A DNA stretch of 27,724 nucleotides from Octopus sinensis. Its lineage: Eukaryota. The first letter of the stretch is position 1, and each line of letters begins with the position of its first letter. The notes under the pieces were generated by a model, which saw only the letters and a program-made list of their open reading frames with translations, did no database searches and was not told the origin of the DNA. Positions 22,780 to 27,724 of this stretch are shown piece after piece. The stretch spans positions 1-27,724 of the forward strand of contig NW_021827587.1 in the NCBI RefSeq assembly GCF_006345805.1, written 5' to 3'. Made by a program: the position numbers and the translations under genes.

Positions 22780-24550
22780 ATATAAAAAAAGGGTTGGAAT
22801 TTCTTTCCTGAGTTACAGGAATCCTAAATCCGATTTCCCCGGATTCCGAGGCGGAAATATTTTTAAATAGCTTTCAATTCTGATATTTAAAATGCCAAGG
22901 GCCCTGATTGCAATCGGAGTCTCTTCAACCATTTTCATGCCCCACAAATTTTTTGTCTCCCATGCTTATTATCTCATATCGATCAATCTTCCTCAATTCT
23001 TTGTCACCCTAGTGTCAGCTGGACAATCCAGATCAAAAATCAAACACTGTTCACTCTGTTAATCACCATAATATCTGGTTCACCATTTTCAGTTTCATGG
23101 TCACATTGTACCCATAAAATCTTGGTATGGTCACTTTCTCTACACGGCCTTCGGTTTCATTTTTTTCTCATAGTGCCAAGGACTCCAAATTTGCCATCAA
23201 GATGTAGGACAAGATACTGTGATAGCCTGGGCTTCAGAGGCCCACAGCTCTTCAATATCCTCCCGAAGAACCTGAGAGACATGCATGGGGTGGATGCAAA
23301 TGTCTTTAAAATAAAACTGGATCTCTTCCTGTCAGGTGTCCCAGATGAACCAACTTCATGGCAGGAGGTGCAGATGCGGGCAGCTGCATCGAACTCTCTC
23401 ATGCACCAAATGGCAATTGCTAAAACGCATTCGTGAAGTAAAATCATGTAGCAACACCAAATGGCGGTGCCCCAGCATGGCCACAGCTCGTGAGCTGAAA
23501 CTAGATAAGATAAAATAAAATAAATAAATAAAATATCGTTGGCTTGCTCTTTCAAGGCCGTATTTTCCGCATAATTTCCAATGAAGGATTTTCGCTACGT
23601 CATCATGGCATCGCTTGTATTCTTTCAGCGTCAGCTCCGTGCATTGGTTGGTGATTTGCCAAACAGTTTCTCCCTTTCCTTCACATATTCTTTCCTGTTG
23701 CACCTGAGCTGCCCATCTTCTGCTTAACATAATTTGTCCCCAGGGCTTGCTTTTTGACTGCACACAATAAAGCTTCTTTTCTCTTTCAAGACCACTTTTC
23801 CTCATCCTTCGCCACCTCTTCTTCAAATCTTTTCCGGCTTCTGTTTCCCGTACATCCTATTTTCTTTCCATCTTCTTTTGGTTTCAGTTTTCTTTTCCTT
23901 CTTCTACTCACAATTTTCCTTCCAATCTTCAATTTTCATTCAATTCTACTTTCTCAATTCCACCAGCAATGGTTCAGTACCATTCTTTATGTACCAAACC
24001 ACACCGTTCTCTTCCGCTCTCGCACATCTTTCACAACTAACGAGTCATCCCCCACATTTCCTTATTGACTTATCAATCTGTCAGCACCACTTCTCGGATG
24101 AAAGCTTCCGTTCATTGCGAGAAACTTCCTTGTTTTCCTATCCAGACATTGCAACTCGTAAGCGATCTACTTAATCACGCTAGCACCATATCTTAGCAGC
24201 GATTCTGTCCAAGTATTAAGCGCCTCAAATTTATTCCTGCCATTCAACTTCGATTTTAGAATTAATCTCACTCTCCTACAGTATTCTTCTGTTAACTCGA
24301 TTTTCATTTCTTGTTCCACGCAATTTATCCATTTCTAAAATTCCAAAGTATTTCTAGCTTTTATCCCTTATTTGCTCCATGATCTCTCTCCCCAAGTTAT
24401 TTCAATTCCGTCCCGGTGTTTGTTCTTGCTTCGTTTCAAAATGAGTTCATCATAGTTTTGTCGGCCAAATTTCATTCGGGTGTCCAAACTAAAGTCATCC
24501 ATTGTGTCCAAAAGTGAACTAACTTTTGCGTATATTTATAAAGTATTAGA
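22780..24550 (-). mobile_element. Heavily decayed R4/Dong-type fragment (RT C-terminus to RLE), interrupted by a CR1 3' end
   Basis: Minus-strand remnants: EEYCRRVRLILKSKLNGRNKFEALNTW, EYKRCHDDVAKILHWKLCGKYGLERASQ, and RLE-like QCDHE..PDIMVIN. Confidence 0.75.
23170..23532 (+). mobile_element. CR1-like LINE, 5'-truncated 3' end
   Basis: Close copy of 16013-16370 (IVPRTPNLPSRCRTRYCDSLGFRGPQLFN); stem-loop cagctcgtgagctg at 23484-23497; (TAAAA)n-like tail. Confidence 0.92.
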
Positions 24551-24859
24551 TAGCTGAAAAGAACGAATAGCATGGTACCGTAAGCTGCAAGTAGCAAGAC
24601 CGCTACGCATGTAAGACTCCAGGAGCTTCAACAAAACCTGTGATAAAGAGAAAAAAATGATAATAATCGTTTATACTATAGGCACAGATGATTGACCCCC
24701 TTTTCTTTTTTGTTGTCCCTAAACTCATATTCTGCTCTAGTCATTCTCAAGATCGTTGCCAAAGCATCAAGCACAATACAAACAACAACAGAGACGAACA
24801 ATCTGCTTGAAACATGCCTCCCGTCGTTTCAATTAGACCCAAACTTTGTCCATCGAGTG

Positions 24860-25690
24860 GCCTCAGTCTTCCACTATCGACTATCATATATGATCCTTCT
24901 TTTTTATTCACCACAACAATGTCCAGTTTCCGATGTCTGGTCGGTTGATCACACTGGATCCTTGCATCCCACATGATTTTTCAATTCTCATTTTCGGTGA
25001 CTCATTCTGGAGTTTTCTCATACCATGCCTTGGCTCTTCGTAGGCCGTGATTTCCACAGTTGCCAATGGATCATTCTTGCCATATTGTCATGGCGTCTTA
25101 TGTATCCGCATTGTGCCAATCTCGGGCATTCGCTAACGATGTGCCATACCGTTTCACCCCTCTCACCACACATTCTGCATTTGTTGCTATTCATATAGTT
25201 GGTCCTTAACGCTTGATCCTGTGCTGCGCATATGATTACTTCTGTCTATCTTCAGGTCACTCCTCTTCATCCACAGCCACCAGGCCTCTCTATCTGTCTT
25301 GGCGTTCACATCTCTCGCAAACTGACCGTACATTTTCTTTTCCTTTTATGTTTTTTGTCATTTTTTTGTTCATTTCTTGATAAAATCTTTCTTTCATTAC
25401 ACAATTGTCAATTTTGATGTCAGCGGCTTTCTTCATGTGTTTCAACAGTGTCTCCACAGCATTTTTTATATACCACCCAGGCTGTTCTCCCCTGCTTCGA
25501 TACAGTCCTGGCAACAGATCAAGCCTCTCCCATCCTTTTTCTGGACAAGTAGAGCCTATTGGTGTCACTCTTAGGGTGGAACCTCCATGTACTGTCAACA
25601 TTTTTCCGGTTTTCATTTCTCGCTTTTGCCATTTCATAATTCCCGCTCCATACCTAAGTGATGCAATCGCCCACGTATTAACTGCTTGTC
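24860..25690 (-). mobile_element. R4/Dong-type fragment of the same family as (b)
   Basis: 24900-25270 aligns by eye with 4745-5110; also AVNTWAIASLRYGAGIMKWQ and QCDQPTRHRKLDIVVVNKK. Confidence 0.82.
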
Positions 25691-25736
25691 ATCTATTGTC
25701 ATCGGAGCATTGGGTTCAATACCATCCAGTCAATTG

Positions 25737-26022
25737 TGATGGCAATAATAATTGGTGCACTTGGAAGTATCATCACTCAACTACCAACATGGCTGAAAAA
25801 GATCGGTGCAAGTCTGAAGGTAGAACACCTACAAAAATCAGCATTGCTCGAAAGTGCAAGAATTCTTTGCATGGTTCTTGAAGGTCAACATATCATCAAG
25901 AAAAAGAGAGAAATGGTTGATAAATATGGAGACCTGAGAATTGAGATCTCTAAGATGTGGCAGCTCCGAGAGTCAGACATAATGGTTATCCCTATTGTCA
26001 TCGGAGCATTGAGTTCAATACC
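25737..26022 (+). mobile_element. Two inverted RLE C-terminal fragments inside a minus-strand RT
   Basis: ORF 25736..26164: IGALGSIITQLPTWLKKIGASLKVEHLQKSALLESARIL, then KKREMVDKYGDLRIEISKMW..PIVIGAL. Confidence 0.8.
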
Positions 26023-26975
26023 ATCCAGTCAATTGAGCGCAACACCAACCACAGTCTTCGGAAATACTCCATCCTCCTCAGATGCCCTTCCATTTCCTTT
26101 TCCATTATCCCATTGCACTCTTGTACACCAATGTATTTGTTTGCTGTCGTTTCAATTTGTTTAATCAGGTCTCTGTTCGGTAATTCTATCCCTGCTAGGG
26201 ACTGTACCTTGCCTCTTTTTAGGTAGATCATTCCACACCTCTTGAGTTCAAATTCCATTCTAATATCAGTACTAAAACTGTGGTCCGTGTTCACCAAGGA
26301 ACTCACTCGCGTCTCATTTTACCAAACATTTTCAGATCATCCATGAAGAGGAAGTGGTTGATTATTTGGTATTTTCCCTTTAGTTGGTACCCCAAGTTCA
26401 TTTTCCTAAGTACGAAGGTCAGGGGTATCATGCAGAGAACAAAAAGCAACAGAGACAGGTTATCACCCTGTAAAATCCCTCTTCTGATACCCGAGGTACC
26501 TAAGCTTTTTTCCATAACATGTCAGTTCAGTTTCCTATCCCATCATACTTCTCTTCGGGAAACACGTTACATTCCTCGCATTTCCAAACAGATCTAAGCA
26601 CTCGATGATCCACGTATATGGAATCATATAAGCTTTGCGATAGTTAATCCAGGCCATTCCCAGATTTGCTCTCCTTCGTTTACAATCTTGCATTACCATT
26701 TTGTCTCTCAACAGTTGATCTTTGGTTCCTCTGCATCTCCTTCTGCAGCCTTTTTGTTCCGGCGGTAATATATCGTTCTCAGCAAGAAATTTATACAGTT
26801 TTTCTGCAATTCCTCCTGACAGTAACTTCCACATTAATGGAATGCAGAAAATGGTCCGGAATTGTCAGCAGCATTTCCCTTTGATGCATCCTTCACGCAC
26901 ACCTTTCGTCCTTTTGTCAACCAGCCCGGGATTTCTGCGATCAATTTATGGCAACTACTGAACTTTTTTAGTGTA
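26023..26975 (-). mobile_element. R4/Dong-type RT core remnant
   Basis: [64 protein letters not shown]. Confidence 0.88.
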
Positions 26976-27345
26976 ACCCAGTATTTGCCATGAAGGGGCT
27001 TTTCTTGCCATCGGTTACCATTATCCGTTGCTGTTCCAGATTTAGTTTGGATTTCAGTTGTTTTACAGCTTTTGTTGTTTCTTCTTTTCCTTCATATTTG
27101 TTAGGTAGTATGACTTCTTTTTTTGTATTTCTCAGCTTCCTCAAAAACCGAAAACAGCTTTTTTGTTTGTTTGTTCGTGTTTTGTGGCTATTTGTATAAG
27201 TTTTCCTTGCTTCTGAAATAGGTATTTCTGAAGTCCTATGGTGGTTATTTTGGAATAGTTTTCTAGCTGCATAAGGCCTCTACCATCTTCCATACGTTGT
27301 ATATATAACCTTTGTATATCAGATTTTGGGTGGTGCAACCTAAAT
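26976..27345 (-). mobile_element. R4/Dong-type post-RT fragment from another subfamily
   Basis: HHPKSDIQRLYIQRMEDGRGLMQLE (ORF 27141..27338), similar to element (d). Confidence 0.8.
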
Positions 27346-27680
27346 CCTGTAATTATGCGCGCATATGTGCAATTAGAATGACAGGTAAAATCCAGGTGCT
27401 AACCTCAGCAGCACGTAATGCAGGAACCTGACTAGCAAAGTGCTCGAATAGTAATCTAATGACTATACCTTTTAAATGAAACAAAGAATAATTAAAGAAG
27501 CACTCCAACTATCCAAGGCATGTCTATCAAAGACGCACGTCGATTGTCAATCAAAATGTGTCTGGGGAAGCGAATGAACACTGAATTTATTGCCAAAAAT
27601 TTTACCTATCTTTAAATGTAACATGAAATAAATGGCTTCTTTCACTGAAAATGTTTACCTCAATTAAAATCATATATCCA

Positions 27681-27682
<2 letters not shown>

Positions 27683-27724
<42 letters not shown>
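27683..27724. repeat. (CTAT)n microsatellite
   Basis: Direct reading; another array at 15303-15369. Confidence 0.95.

Noticed and set aside
24428-24455. atgatga..gaaac look-alike on the minus strand
   Set aside because: No stem II, no C3-G8 pairing, and it lies inside LINE coding sequence.
27345-27680. Unique-looking segment with palindrome atgcgcgcat
   Set aside because: No ORF, terminal repeat or recognisable motif to support a call.

Overview
This is repeat-dense, AT-rich eukaryotic DNA. I recognise the SINE families and microsatellite load as Octopus-like (coleoid cephalopod); no database check was run. No complete host protein-coding gene is supportable, and most ORFs in the track are microsatellite artefacts. 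Contents: (i) three tRNA-derived SINE families, called A, B and C here; (ii) many R4/Dong-type restriction-like-endonuclease (RLE) non-LTR retrotransposon pieces, five of them stacked in one orientation in (TAA)n arrays at 3.5-9.7 kb, plus a scrambled cluster at 22.8-27.3 kb; (iii) CR1-like, RTE-like and probable L1/Tx1-like LINE fragments; (iv) a unique CpG-richer stretch at 19.3-20.8 kb with promoter-like motifs and candidate exons. The main unexplained signal is four minimal type-I hammerhead ribozyme folds from three unrelated short repeat families (13240-13275 -, 13910-13947 -, 14847-14892 +, 18933-18979 +). Each has a palindromic or near-palindromic, almost loopless stem III, as in Penelope-associated dimer-acting hammerheads. 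One swaps the catalytic C3-G8 pair to G3-C8. Two sit in the loop of long inverted-repeat elements whose right arm starts just after the predicted cleavage site, and one of these has a 12-bp target duplication. A CR1 LINE and SINE-A also share a 3' end with a compensatorily covarying stem-loop. All folds were done by eye and ribozyme activity is untested.
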